A DNA stretch of 64,000 nucleotides from an uncultured virus (IMG/VR IMGVR_UViG_3300021185_002094) (Duplodnaviria; Heunggongvirae; Uroviricota; Caudoviricetes), in IMG/VR virus record IMGVR_UViG_3300021185_002094. One strand, 5' to 3'. Within the stretch, counting starts at the first letter, position 1. Each line of letters opens with the position of its first letter. This document shows, in pieces, positions 53,712-64,000 of this stretch. The notes below the pieces were generated by a model. That model had not been told where the DNA came from, ran no database searches, and was given only the letters and a program-made list of their open reading frames with translations. Position numbers and translations under genes: made by a program.

Positions 53712-56700
53712 TTAAACTGTTATAGAATGGCAAACTACTTTAAATGACATAGCATTAGTAGATGTTGGAGTTGCCCTTAATCTAAAGTTACTTGAAGATA
53801 TATCTGCATCAAATGTTGCTTCTACTGATGAGCCAGTATGAACTTCTCCAAACTCTGTAATATTAGCAGTAGTTCCATCATGTACAGCAATGATCTCTGT
53901 ACTATGATATGTTGAATCAGTAGTATTAGTAATCTGAATTGTAAACCTAGCAGTTCTAAAGTCAGCAATAGGGAAAGAATGTATTGTTACTTGAGTTGTT
54001 GCTGCTGTTGAAGTTGTACTTGTATCAATTCCGTATTCTTCTATACTTAGTTTAGCTTTTGGGTTAGTTGTTCCGATACCAACGTTGCCATTTTGTTTTA
54101 TTGCAAATAAATTACCACTTCCGTTTAAATCAGAAGTTGTTCCTACTGCAAATTCCTCTCCACCCCCAAGTCCAAAGAACATACTACCTTGTGAGTTAGC
54201 TAGTTCTATTGCTAAATCAGATGTTAATGAAGTTTCAAATTTAGCAACTGTATTGCCTGTGGTCTTAGTATGTAAAGTGAATGATGGACTAGTTGTTCCG
54301 ATACCAACCCTTTGAGCAGAAGTATCAATATAAACTATATCAGGATTGTTTGTATCACCTAGCTGTATGTCTCTACTTGCATCAGATTGAAGTGCTAGTT
54401 TACCAGAGAGATTTGTAAGTTCCCCTACAAAAGTTGCGCCAGTACCTGTTCTCCAACCACCTGTTGCATATCCATCTCCACCTATATATAATTTATCATT
54501 AAAAGCAGTAGAAGTAGCATTTACTAAAAGTCTTCCACTATTATCTATTCTCATCTGTTCAGAACTATTAGTATAGAATCTCATAAAGTTATTTGAACTT
54601 TGATAATAGATACCTTCTCCAGTAACTCCTACATCATTACCTACCCAACCAGCATTTACATCTCCAGCAATAATAATTCCTGAGTGAGAAGAATCTGAAT
54701 CTTTAAACCTTGCAAGTGTGTTTCCATTAGCTTCTTGAACATCCAGTTTAAATGTTGGAGTGGTTGTTCCAATACCAACATTGCCATCTTCATCAACTAC
54801 CATTTTAGTACTAGGTGCATTATTGTTTACACCACTTTTAGTTGTTTTAAAATGTAATTCATTACTACCATTAGTAGAAGTTGATCTTATACCTTCAACA
54901 CTTGCGTAATATAGTGTGTGGTCATCATTTGAAGCTGACGTATCAAACCTTATGGCTCCACCACCTCCAGTTTGATTTGTCCCGGTTTGTCTTAGAAATA
55001 TAACACTAGTAGGGCTTGTTGACATATCCTTAGATAGTTCTAATATGTGATCGGGTGATTCAGTTCCAATACCAAGGTTTCCTGCATTTGTAAATTTTAG
55101 TTTATGTGCACCACCACCAGGAACACCACTATAAATATCAAAATCTCCAGTACCTATATGAGTACCTAAACCTGCAGTACCTCCCCAATCTCTATTTGTG
55201 CCATTAACAAAGAAGTCTCCTCCACCAATATCTAACATATAAGAAGGCGAAGTTGTGCCTATTCCAACTCTGCCATTACTTAATATAGTCATCCTATCAG
55301 TTTGAGAAGATGATGTTTTAAAATATAAGTTATCTCCTATGTTTGCAACTGCCGCAGCACCTGTATTATCTTTAAGAGTTATAACAGCACCACCATCAGT
55401 GCTTTCAAATCTAGCAACATTATTATCTGAACCACTATTAACGTGTAAAGTATTGGCTGGCGAACTTGTTCCGATACCAACTCTGCCATCTGATTTTTGA
55501 ATAGTTACTACATCACTAGTAGTTCCATAAGAGTATATTGCTAATTTATCTGTTCCACCACGATATCTAATTTGCATATCGTTTACACTTGAAGTATTAA
55601 AATCTATACCTGGGTCAGTATTACTTCCAGTAGTATTTAATCTTAGTACACCTTGTCCTTCTACTTCCAATTGCCTATCTGGAGAAGCTGTTCCGATACC
55701 AACATTGCCAGCACTTGTAATACGCATTCTTTCATTATTACCATTAGTCTTAAATAATAATGGGTGATTAGTTTCTACTCTAATTTCACCATGTGAGTCT
55801 GTATATGCTGACATTCTAAGAGCTACATTATCATTATTTACTACCATATTAGCAATACTACCATCAGCACCAGTTACGTGTAGTAAATGGGATGGCGAAG
55901 CAGTTCCGATTCCAACATTACCAGGTTGAGTTATAACCATTCTGTCTGTGCTTGTTGTTTGGAATTTTAAAGCACCATAAGAAGAATCAGCATTAAATAT
56001 AAATCCTGCACCAGCTGCACCACCAGTTTGATAACTTTGTATTTTTAATCTTCTTCCATTATGACCGCCAGTAATTATTACTGCTGGAGATGTATCTGAT
56101 CCATTTTGAACATGTAATTTTGTTTCTGGTACATTTGTTCCAATACCTACACGGTCAGTAGAAGCATCCGCAAAAATAAGATTATCATTATTTTGTCCAA
56201 AGACCTGAAAGTCTTGATTAAGTCCTTCTTGGTTAAACCTAGCTAAACTATTAGAAATTTGGAACCTTGTGCTATTACCTGTAACAAAGCTTTGTGTATC
56301 TGCAGCAGGGAAAGAAATATAGTTATCTGTATCACCGCTATGTCTTATCTTAGTTGGTATTGTTAAATCACCATAGAATATTGAATCGGCTGAACTAAAT
56401 GCAACTGCTTCTGTTGAAGATGAGGTACCAATAACAAGTGTATCATTTTCACCCCATAAATCTGGAGTTGTAGTTCCACTACTACTTCTTGTAAGTTTTA
56501 ATCCATAAAGTGATGAACCTTGTGTTTGTGTACCAATAATTTTTTGTGTGGTTATTGTACCTGCTGTATTAATTCCATGAGAGAAATCAAACTCATCATT
56601 AGTTGTGTCCCAAAGGATTGTAGCGTCTGTAGAAGCATCTACGGCATCTTGAATTGTAATACCTGCTCCGTTTGCAGAGCCTGTAGTATCCCCTGAACCA

Positions 56701-59700
56701 TAATTCAGTGTAATATTTTTATCTTCTACATCTAGTGTTGCAACATTTAATGTTGTACTCGTTCCCTCAACGGTTAAGTTACCAGAAATAGTTGTGTCTC
56801 CTGCAACTGTTAATCCTGTGCCGTTTAATAATTGTAATGAATCGGAACGAAGTCTTGCTGTAATTTCATTTGCGCCATTCTTTCTGTTTGCAAATTCTAT
56901 TAAACCATCTTCAGTTCCTGCAGATGCATCTAGTATTTTTGCAGTAATCTTAGCATATACTACTTCTTGGTCAGAATCATTCTCACCTTTAAATTTAAGT
57001 TGTCCTAAGTAATCTGCATCTGCTGGTGAAGATGAATTTCTTTTAAATGTTAATACTGGGCCAGCTGCATTTGAAGCTTCAGTTGTCGCTAATAATAAAG
57101 TATCTGTTGTAGCATTATTTACAATATGAAGTTTAGCAGTTGGGCTAGATTGTCCTATACCAACTTTTCCATCAGCACCAATGACCATTCGTTGGATTGG
57201 ATAATCTGTACTATCAGTTTTAGTTCTAAATTCTAAGCCTGTAGAGGAACCAAATGTAGTAGTTGCATACATATTAATTGCTGCTCTTGGCTCACTAGAA
57301 GTTCCAGCACCACCTGAAACATCATCTGAATCAAATTCAATTGATGACATAATATCACCAACTGTAAAACTCTGATTTCTTGTATCAGTAATTCTTAGTT
57401 TAGGATTACTTCCACTTATTTCTAAATTAGTAGCTGGCGAGCTTGTTCCAATACCAACCTTGCCATCGCCATCAAGCGTCATAACTGTATTTTCTGATGC
57501 ATTTTTAGCTGTTATAAATGATAATTCTCTTGTTCCGTTTCCTGGAACTGTAGCTCTAATCCTAGCGTTATAAGTAGTTGTCCCTACTGTGGTAAACACC
57601 AAGTCACCATAGTTGTTAGTGGCAAAAGGTGTACTAATAGATATAGCAGTTGCGTTGGTTGTACTATCACCTACAGTTAATTTTGAAACTGGTGAACTCG
57701 TTCCGATACCGACATTACCAGCCTGTGTTACTCTCAGCCTTTCTGCGCTGTTTTGGGTATCTTGTATTCTAAATGCATTAGAAGATGATGGTAATTCAAC
57801 TAATGCAGTTCCACTTACTGTTAGTTTTGCACTAGGTGAGGTATTATTAATACCAACATTACCATTGGCTAATATAACCATACGCTGTACACCAGCAGTA
57901 TCGAATCTGATTAAATCTTCATCAGCACTTTCTTCTACTTGAATTTTTGTATCGCCATCGGAATCACTAATAGAATCAGTAGAACCCCCGCCACCTGTTT
58001 GGTCAGACCATACTAATACAGAACCACTATTTGGAACTTTAAGAACTTGACCTGCTGAACCAATTGATGTTGGGAATGTGAATGCATTATTAAATCTAAT
58101 AGAACCATCTGAGTCAATAACTAATCTGTCTTGACTTGTTCCACCTGTTGTGTCTGTTTTAAATGAGAGTTTACCACCACCGCCTGTTCCGTATGTACCA
58201 GTAATACTTGACCTATCACTTGAATCGCCAAAGAATATTCTCCCACCTTGGGATGTTCCTGCACCATAGAGATATAAGTCAGTATATGAACCATCGACTT
58301 TAACAGACATTGCACCAGCAGCACCTACCGATGTTCCGCCAAAAATAGTATTACCATCTGATGTAATAACCATTCTTTGAGATCTATTTGTATAGAACTC
58401 CATTCTATTATTTGTATGATTATATGATACTCTACCAGCATCATTATTATCATTATCACCAAAAAAGAGATTACCATTATGTGAACTATTTGACATGATA
58501 GATATACCATGTGCACCTGTTGTATTACCTACTTGTAAATCGTTTGCATTAGCATCTGAGAAACTAGTAGCATTACCAATTAAGAAATGACCAGATGGAG
58601 TAAATCTTCCGTATTCTGTACTAGATGATCCATCATTGCCTTGAAACTGTATAGATCCATTATTAGAGCCGTTCCTAGCAAATAGTTGTAACGCACCACC
58701 ATTTTGTGTTATTGTTGTAAATTGATTTGTTCCATCACTATCTTGTAATCTCATACTAGGCGAATCGGACATTATATGCAATTCATGAGCAGGTGAAGCC
58801 GTTCCAATACCGACTTTGCCAGCTGAGGTAATACGCATTCTTTCAGAAGCGGAGTTTGCGCCACCAGAGTCAGTATAGAAAGCAAGGAACCCATCAGCAG
58901 TATTTCCTACAGTATCTGTTCCACCTTTTATAGCAGCACGTATTGTTCGAGGGTATCCATTTGCATCTTGATAATGGTCAGAGAAAGTTAATATCGCACC
59001 TTTTTCATCTGTGTTCGCTTGAAGTGGGTTATAAATATCTAAAGCTGAATGAGTTAAAGAAATATTGCCAGAAGTATGGCCTCCATTGTAAGCTACTTGA
59101 AGTTTAGCATCTGGAGAACTCGTTCCGATACCAAGATTTCCCCCATTAGTAAGTCGCATTTTTTCTGTGCCACTAGGATTAAAATGATAATCAAAAGCAT
59201 CAAAATCCATTGACTGATAAGTTGAAGTATTTCTATCGTAAGCAAATAATATTACTCTATCGTTTGCTGTTTGTGGATTAATTTCTAGTCCTGCACCACC
59301 AGCATCTGAAACATGCAATTTATTAGCAGGATTAGTAGTACCGATACCGACATTGCCATCATTATCAATTACAAGTTTTCTACTAACATTACCATCAGCA
59401 ACCATAAATAAATGGTCTGCAGCTGGATCATGACCTATTAAACAGCCATAAGAACCACTATTGGAATCCTGTAAATCAATCCATACCTGAGCATCACTTG
59501 ATTCGAATTCAGCTACAACATTGGTACCACTTGGTTGATAAACATGAAGTTTTCTAACTGGGTTATTAGTTCCAATACCCACTGAGCCTGCAGATGAAAT
59601 TCTCATATGCTCTACCATGGCACTTGAGCCGTCGTAAGTATGGAAGCCCATAGCATAAGAACCTTCGTTTCTTATCATCATATCGCCTGAGTTCCAACGT

Positions 59701-60449
59701 AAATAAGAACTTGTACCTATAATGTTTATACCATCACTAGCACCACTTACAGATAACTTATTGTTTGGTGAAGTTGTTCCAATTCCAACATTCCCGGCCG
59801 CAGTAATTGACATACGATTTGTATTTGATGTTCCAAAATGTAATAATCCAGCTTCTCTATTATTAATTGAAAAACTATTACCTGATGTTACTAAAGCAGT
59901 TCCATCTGAGGCTCCACTACCAGTTGTATCATTTGTAAATTTAATCTCTGAGTTTGCATCATCGTGAATGTGTATACCTTTTCCACTAGACTGAAGATTT
60001 GCTGTAATAACACCCAAACCTACATTACCACTACTAGTTATATTTAAGTTGTTTGCATGAGAACCTGCTTGTATACCCATGAAAGCTTTGTCGCCTTCCA
60101 CACCAAAATAGCCAGTAGTATCATCATCTGCAATTATAATACCGGCTTTATTATCTGTAGATTTAAAAAATCCTGGCCAGTCACTTGTACCAGAATCTAC
60201 TGAAAGTTTAAACGCGGGAGAAGTAGTTCCAATACCAATCTTTTTATTAGCACCTGAATTGTCTGTATCGGAATCAATATGGAAAATAGTATCATCAGCG
60301 GCTGTGATAATAACATTATTTGATTTTTTGAAATAGAGAGCACCTGTATTAGTGTTTATGGCCAATTCACCATCACTAAGGTTTGCTGCTCCTGGGACTG
60401 CATTTAGGACGTTAGAACGCCTAAGTCTGATATCTGTTTTCTGAGACAA
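53712..60449 (-). CDS. Very long repeat-rich tail fibre-like protein (2245 aa)
   Basis: Mtd-N-like start (IRLRRS...L.DGELAINT), many G(N/K/R)VGIGT..P repeats; TTG start with AGGAG SD. Confidence 0.8.
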   Translation of the reverse strand: MSQKTDIRLRRSNVLNAVPGAANLSDGELAINTNTGALYFKKSNNVIITAADDTIFHIDSDTDNSGANKKIGIGTTSPAFKLSVDSGTSDWPGFFKSTDNKAGIIIADDDTTGYFGVEGDKAFMGIQAGSHANNLNITSSGNVGLGVITANLQSSGKGIHIHDDANSEIKFTNDTTGSGASDGTALVTSGNSFSINNREAGLLHFGTSNTNRMSITAAGNVGIGTTSPNNKLSVSGASDGINIIGTSSYLRWNSGDMMIRNEGSYAMGFHTYDGSSAMVEHMRISSAGSVGIGTNNPVRKLHVYQPSGTNVVAEFESSDAQVWIDLQDSNSGSYGCLIGHDPAADHLFMVADGNVSRKLVIDNDGNVGIGTTNPANKLHVSDAGGAGLEINPQTANDRVILFAYDRNTSTYQSMDFDAFDYHFNPSGTEKMRLTNGGNLGIGTSSPDAKLQVAYNGGHTSGNISLTHSALDIYNPLQANTDEKGAILTFSDHYQDANGYPRTIRAAIKGGTDTVGNTADGFLAFYTDSGGANSASERMRITSAGKVGIGTASPAHELHIMSDSPSMRLQDSDGTNQFTTITQNGGALQLFARNGSNNGSIQFQGNDGSSSTEYGRFTPSGHFLIGNATSFSDANANDLQVGNTTGAHGISIMSNSSHNGNLFFGDNDNNDAGRVSYNHTNNRMEFYTNRSQRMVITSDGNTIFGGTSVGAAGAMSVKVDGSYTDLYLYGAGTSQGGRIFFGDSSDRSSITGTYGTGGGGKLSFKTDTTGGTSQDRLVIDSDGSIRFNNAFTFPTSIGSAGQVLKVPNSGSVLVWSDQTGGGGSTDSISDSDGDTKIQVEESADEDLIRFDTAGVQRMVILANGNVGINNTSPSAKLTVSGTALVELPSSSNAFRIQDTQNSAERLRVTQAGNVGIGTSSPVSKLTVGDSTTNATAISISTPFATNNYGDLVFTTVGTTTYNARIRATVPGNGTRELSFITAKNASENTVMTLDGDGKVGIGTSSPATNLEISGSNPKLRITDTRNQSFTVGDIMSSIEFDSDDVSGGAGTSSEPRAAINMYATTTFGSSTGLEFRTKTDSTDYPIQRMVIGADGKVGIGQSSPTAKLHIVNNATTDTLLLATTEASNAAGPVLTFKRNSSSPADADYLGQLKFKGENDSDQEVVYAKITAKILDASAGTEDGLIEFANRKNGANEITARLRSDSLQLLNGTGLTVAGDTTISGNLTVEGTSTTLNVATLDVEDKNITLNYGSGDTTGSANGAGITIQDAVDASTDATILWDTTNDEFDFSHGINTAGTITTQKIIGTQTQGSSLYGLKLTRSSSGTTTPDLWGENDTLVIGTSSSTEAVAFSSADSIFYGDLTIPTKIRHSGDTDNYISFPAADTQSFVTGNSTRFQISNSLARFNQEGLNQDFQVFGQNNDNLIFADASTDRVGIGTNVPETKLHVQNGSDTSPAVIITGGHNGRRLKIQSYQTGGAAGAGFIFNADSSYGALKFQTTSTDRMVITQPGNVGIGTASPSHLLHVTGADGSIANMVVNNDNVALRMSAYTDSHGEIRVETNHPLLFKTNGNNERMRITSAGNVGIGTASPDRQLEVEGQGVLRLNTTGSNTDPGIDFNTSSVNDMQIRYRGGTDKLAIYSYGTTSDVVTIQKSDGRVGIGTSSPANTLHVNSGSDNNVARFESTDGGAVITLKDNTGAAAVANIGDNLYFKTSSSQTDRMTILSNGRVGIGTTSPSYMLDIGGGDFFVNGTNRDWGGTAGLGTHIGTGDFDIYSGVPGGGAHKLKFTNAGNLGIGTESPDHILELSKDMSTSPTSVIFLRQTGTNQTGGGGAIRFDTSASNDDHTLYYASVEGIRSTSTNGSNELHFKTTKSGVNNNAPSTKMVVDEDGNVGIGTTTPTFKLDVQEANGNTLARFKDSDSSHSGIIIAGDVNAGWVGNDVGVTGEGIYYQSSNNFMRFYTNSSEQMRIDNSGRLLVNATSTAFNDKLYIGGDGYATGGWRTGTGATFVGELTNLSGKLALQSDASRDIQLGDTNNPDIVYIDTSAQRVGIGTTSPSFTLHTKTTGNTVAKFETSLTSDLAIELANSQGSMFFGLGGGEEFAVGTTSDLNGSGNLFAIKQNGNVGIGTTNPKAKLSIEEYGIDTSTTSTAATTQVTIHSFPIADFRTARFTIQITNTTDSTYHSTEIIAVHDGTTANITEFGEVHTGSSVEATFDADISSSNFRLRATPTSTNAMSFKVVCHSITV

Positions 60450-60536
60450 TTTTGTCTTCTCCTATGTTCAACCTCTATATAGAGTGTTTAATAAATTCTT
60501 ATAACCGTATATACGGATTTCTTAATAGTATTTATA
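60450..60536 (-). promoter_or_regulatory. Late promoter and leader with twin palindromic hairpins
   Basis: TATAAATA 60529-60536; CCGTATATACGG 60505-60516; CTCTATATAGAG 60473-60484. Confidence 0.7.
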
Positions 60537-60553
60537 AGAGAAGAAATCTTAGA

Positions 60554-62065
60554 TTAGTAAGTTCCACCATCAATTATATTAGATACTACTGGTGCATTTG
60601 AACTATCATCAAACTGAACTATACTTCCTGCAGTAGATGTTGTTAAGAAACTTAATGCATTTCCAGAACCATTAGAGATAACTACAGCTTTAGCAGTAAA
60701 TGAACTTACTCCAGTACCACCGTGCGCTACTGCTAGATCAGTGCCTAATACAAGAGATCCAGAAATATCAACATTATCGTTAATATCAATTGTTCCACCA
60801 GCTGAATCTAATACTAGATTGCCAGAAGATGTTGTAACCTTACTAGTATATACTTCACCAAATTCTGCATCACTCCATGGTGCAGAAGCGTTATCTGTAT
60901 CTGGATCACCAAAATCTTCATCTTTCGTAAATACAAACCTTTCGGTCTGCATATCAAAACCAAAGAAGCCTTCTTTTACACTTGATCCGTCACCATACTT
61001 AAATCTAACACCACGGTCTAATGAATCAGCAGTAGAAGTAGCATTATCTGCAAGTACTAATACTGGATCATTAAGAGTAATGGTACTTGAATTTACAGAT
61101 GTTGTAGTACCTTGTACAGTTAAGTTTCCACCAACTGTTAAACTACCTTGAGTTTGTACTGTATCTGATGTAGAATTACCTAAAGTAACATTACCATTTA
61201 CTATTAAGTTATCTGTAACAGTTAAGTCTGAACCAATAGTAACATCATCTGGTAAACCAATAGTAACTTTAACATCTGTACCAACTTTAGTTACAGCTGT
61301 TGTAACCTCATTTGTTGTACCAAGAATTTGTAGATCATCATCAATAAGAGAAACTGATGCAGTTGAACTACTGTCGCCGTCAACCGTTAAGGTTGTTGCA
61401 ACATCAAATTCTCTTAATCGTGTTACTTGACCCTGACCATTTACTGTAATAGCAGGAATTTTTACTGCTGATCCATATTCAGTTCCTGCAGAACCATTTG
61501 TAAATGAAATATCTGTAATAGAAACTGTTGAAGTATTACCAACATCACTATTAGCAACAGTAATACCAGTTCCACCTGTTACTGCTCCACCAACTGTATC
61601 ATAAATAAATTCTGCTAATGATACATCATCAGCGCCGATATAAACATCATGTAATATAAGTTTACCACTACCTGCTGGATCAATGGTAAGATTACCATTA
61701 GTATTAGTAGTAGAAATTGTATTTCCATCTAATCTTATATTATCAACATTCCATTGATCTACCTTTCTATCTGAATCTAAGATAGGTACAAACCCGTTTC
61801 CTGCTGTATCTGGATTCTGTGCTGTTGAAATAACCCCAGGAGAAGTCTGTGCTAACATTAATCCTGTAAAGTACTTACCACCAATAACATCTACACTAGG
61901 AGCGATTCCACCACTTTCAGTCCCTGTACCGATGTAAAGTCTATCACCATTATCAGTTAAATTACCAGATCTCCATGAGTAGGCAAATTCACCAGTTTTT
62001 AGATTTGCGGGGGCTGTGGTGGTTGACCCCGTATTTAAGATTTTAATTCTTGTTAATTTAGCCAC
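60554..62065 (-). CDS. Virion fibre/baseplate-associated protein
   Basis: Mtd-N-like start (P..L..GE.AY...RLYIG), GNLTVQGTTTSVNS module, DGGTY end. Confidence 0.7.
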   Translation of the reverse strand: MAKLTRIKILNTGSTTTAPANLKTGEFAYSWRSGNLTDNGDRLYIGTGTESGGIAPSVDVIGGKYFTGLMLAQTSPGVISTAQNPDTAGNGFVPILDSDRKVDQWNVDNIRLDGNTISTTNTNGNLTIDPAGSGKLILHDVYIGADDVSLAEFIYDTVGGAVTGGTGITVANSDVGNTSTVSITDISFTNGSAGTEYGSAVKIPAITVNGQGQVTRLREFDVATTLTVDGDSSSTASVSLIDDDLQILGTTNEVTTAVTKVGTDVKVTIGLPDDVTIGSDLTVTDNLIVNGNVTLGNSTSDTVQTQGSLTVGGNLTVQGTTTSVNSSTITLNDPVLVLADNATSTADSLDRGVRFKYGDGSSVKEGFFGFDMQTERFVFTKDEDFGDPDTDNASAPWSDAEFGEVYTSKVTTSSGNLVLDSAGGTIDINDNVDISGSLVLGTDLAVAHGGTGVSSFTAKAVVISNGSGNALSFLTTSTAGSIVQFDDSSNAPVVSNIIDGGTY

Positions 62066-62313
62066 TAGTATGTGCCTCCCATTATATTCAGATTCTCATT
62101 TTCAATCTGACTTGTTACTTTATACTCTCCTGCAGTAGCATCGTAAATCATCATTACGCCGTCACTTTGGCCTGAAGTATTTACATCAGTAAGGTCTCCT
62201 AAACTAAGAGAACCCTGAGAAAGTTTTACTGTTTGTGCAACGATTTCATTATTTTTTGTCGTTGCTCCCTTTAAAGTGCTTGTCTGTCTAATTTTAGCCT
62301 TTATATTCGCCAT
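62065..62313 (-). CDS. Small virion protein
   Basis: LGDLTDV motif and GGTY end like its neighbour. Confidence 0.65.
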   Translation of the reverse strand: MANIKAKIRQTSTLKGATTKNNEIVAQTVKLSQGSLSLGDLTDVNTSGQSDGVMMIYDATAGEYKVTSQIENENLNIMGGTY

Positions 62314-62319
62314 TTCTAA

Positions 62320-62670
62320 TTAGCCCCTTGTTACTCCCGGCGTTACCTCTATTTGTCCTTCAACTATTCTTGTAACCTCACCTGTAGTACCATGTTCAAT
62401 CTCTACATCATATACATATCTTCCAGCTTTAAGAGCATTAGTTGCAGTGGCACTTAAACCTATTCTTACAGTTCCACTAGTAGCACTATATACACTAGCA
62501 GAAAAATCTACAGCTGTGGTTGATTGGTAAGTTTTTCTTAGTTGTCCTCTTACCCCATTAGTTTGTTGATAAGCAGTTAATACCAAGGCATCTCCACTTG
62601 CATCTGTGACATCAATGTCAGCTTGAAAAGTTGATCCCTGATCTATAACTAAGTTTGAAATAATAGCCAT
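62320..62670 (-). CDS. Conserved virion structural protein (Ig-like adaptor)
   Basis: NLVIDQGSTF, GRYVYDVEI, RIVEG..VTPGVT; late box at 62688-62695. Confidence 0.7.
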   Translation of the reverse strand: MAIISNLVIDQGSTFQADIDVTDASGDALVLTAYQQTNGVRGQLRKTYQSTTAVDFSASVYSATSGTVRIGLSATATNALKAGRYVYDVEIEHGTTGEVTRIVEGQIEVTPGVTRG

Positions 62671-62679
62671 ATCTAACCT

Positions 62680-64000
62680 TTATTCTTTATTTATAAGTTT
62701 TTGTATCTCATCTCTGAGAGATTTATTTTCTTCTTTTAATTCTTTAATTGCTTCTATGAAGAGAGCAGATAGTTGGTTATAATCAACTACTTTATGTGTA
62801 TCATCTTCATTAAGTGTTTCAACTTCTTTCACTGCAGATGGTAATACCTCTTCTACATTTTGTGCTATAACACCAGCAGATGAACCTCTTTCTTTATCTT
62901 TCCAATCAAAGGTAACTCCATCTAGTTGTGATACTAATTCTAGTGCACCTTCAACCTTTTGTATATTCTCTTTTAATTTTCTATCAGAAGTGGTAGTATT
63001 TGAAAATGCAATAACATCGCCGTCTGCATGGAATGTTCCATTTGATTCAAATCTAAATTCATCTTTACTAGTTCCATTTGTTCCATCAACAAAATTTAGA
63101 TTAATTTCGGCAGCAGATTGGTTTACAGTCTCGTGAGTAAGTTTAAAATGATCTGTATTATTTGGATTAAATACTACATCCATAACAGGAGCACTATCTT
63201 GATTTATTTCAATTAATTGGATACCATCTGCATACATTCTAATAGAACCTGATGGATCAAAATGTACATATTCTTTTGACTTATTACCAACATAAGCATT
63301 ATCGTTATCGTATCTTGTTCTCCAATCATTATTTCTATTGATTGTCATTTTATCAGTTGAAGATGATGCTGTAGTTGTAAATCCATGACCAGTTTCAATA
63401 GTAAATGTATCTGTTTTACTATCGGCAGAAAGTACTGCCACATTAATTCCACCCTGAGTACTAGAATCATATGTATTCGCCATGAGACTACTAAATGCAT
63501 TTTGGTTAACTTCAGCACCTGTTGCAATACCATTAAGTTTTAGCTTATCATCTTTTGTCATAACACCAGCAAGTGATGTAGTTACTGCATTGATCGTAGC
63601 ATTAGAACCAGAATCATTTGTAATTACAACATTACTTGCATTATGAGTAGTACCTAGAGCAACTCCCTGAAGATATCTTCCATCTAAATCTACTGTTGCA
63701 CCTGCATTACCTACACCACCAAGTGTAAGTACACCATTACTTGTATTAAACGATGCGGAATTAACATAATCAATATCATTAGTGTCTGTAGAGGATATTG
63801 TAATTCTTTGTGGTGAAGATTCAAATCCTACTGATGTGGCACCACTACCAGCAAATCTTACACCCTCTGTCTTAGTGACTGCAAACTGTTGTGATCCACT
63901 ATTATTCTGTACTCTCCAATCTGTAGTATCAGGAGTATCTGTATTTACCCATGGTACGTTAACAACTAATCTACCACTACCATCTTCTTGAATACCATAA
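62680..64000 (-). CDS. Tail fibre with C-terminal peptidase S74 chaperone, 5'-truncated by the window edge
   Basis: Frame stays open from 63999 (YGIQEDGSGRLVVNVPW...) through track ORF 62680..63561; SDRKLKENI, GVIAQ, VDY, FIEAIKEL. Confidence 0.85.
   Translation of the reverse strand, partial: YGIQEDGSGRLVVNVPWVNTDTPDTTDWRVQNNSGSQQFAVTKTEGVRFAGSGATSVGFESSPQRITISSTDTNDIDYVNSASFNTSNGVLTLGGVGNAGATVDLDGRYLQGVALGTTHNASNVVITNDSGSNATINAVTTSLAGVMTKDDKLKLNGIATGAEVNQNAFSSLMANTYDSSTQGGINVAVLSADSKTDTFTIETGHGFTTTASSSTDKMTINRNNDWRTRYDNDNAYVGNKSKEYVHFDPSGSIRMYADGIQLIEINQDSAPVMDVVFNPNNTDHFKLTHETVNQSAAEINLNFVDGTNGTSKDEFRFESNGTFHADGDVIAFSNTTTSDRKLKENIQKVEGALELVSQLDGVTFDWKDKERGSSAGVIAQNVEEVLPSAVKEVETLNEDDTHKVVDYNQLSALFIEAIKELKEENKSLRDEIQKLINKE

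Noticed and set aside
53712..60449. Recurrent GTTCC(G/A)ATACC DNA repeats resembling a CRISPR array
   Set aside because: They encode the GIGT peptide repeat, vary at synonymous sites and are irregularly spaced inside an ORF.
53712..62065. Diversity-generating retroelement suggested by Mtd-N-like starts
   Set aside because: No reverse transcriptase and no adenine-variable TR/VR pair seen in the window.
7129..63533. Short minus-strand alternative-frame ORFs (e.g. 7129, 14751, 20011, 25433, 31964, 33011, 43954, 50487, 58121, 58325, 63345)
   Set aside because: Nested in or largely overlapping longer conserved genes, with no independent support.
6250..63991. All plus-strand ORFs in the track
   Set aside because: They lie antisense to well-supported genes, lack SDs or recognisable motifs, and are the expected shadow frames.

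Overview
A 64-kb segment of an AT-rich T4-like myophage with a gene order like that of marine T4-like phages. Every supported gene is on the minus strand. In transcription order (right to left) it holds a ~22-kb block of modular tail-fibre/virion proteins, then gp13-14-15-16-17, a RimK-type ATP-grasp ligase fused to a retropepsin/RimB-like protease, gp18-23, gp3, uvsY, uvsW, gp55, gp47, gp46 and tRNA-Arg(UCU). Next come a CobT-like vWA/zincin plus CobS-like AAA+ pair, gp45, gp44, gp62, regA, hsp20 and gp43. An accessory block follows (MazG-like, two TAGT/GREB1-like glycosyltransferases with a small partner, Prim-Pol, UDP-glucose dehydrogenase, SDR epimerase, SleB-like hydrolase, SNase, GIY-YIG nuclease, cytidylyltransferase), then bS21, uvsX, gp40-like and the start of gp41. 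Twelve near-identical sigma70-type promoters (TTTAC(A/T)-N17-TATAAT) and many T4 late boxes (TATAAATA) are visible. The best leads are: (1) a candidate uronic-acid/pentose DNA glycosylation pathway; (2) a RimK-RimB writer/eraser fusion in the same genome as an insertion-bearing bS21; (3) a ROSE-like RNA leader shared by hsp20 and an unknown gene; (4) a lone antisense promoter making a G-run-rich RNA, a possible R-loop origin; (5) structured leaders on tail-fibre genes. Family calls come from motif recognition only; no searches were run.
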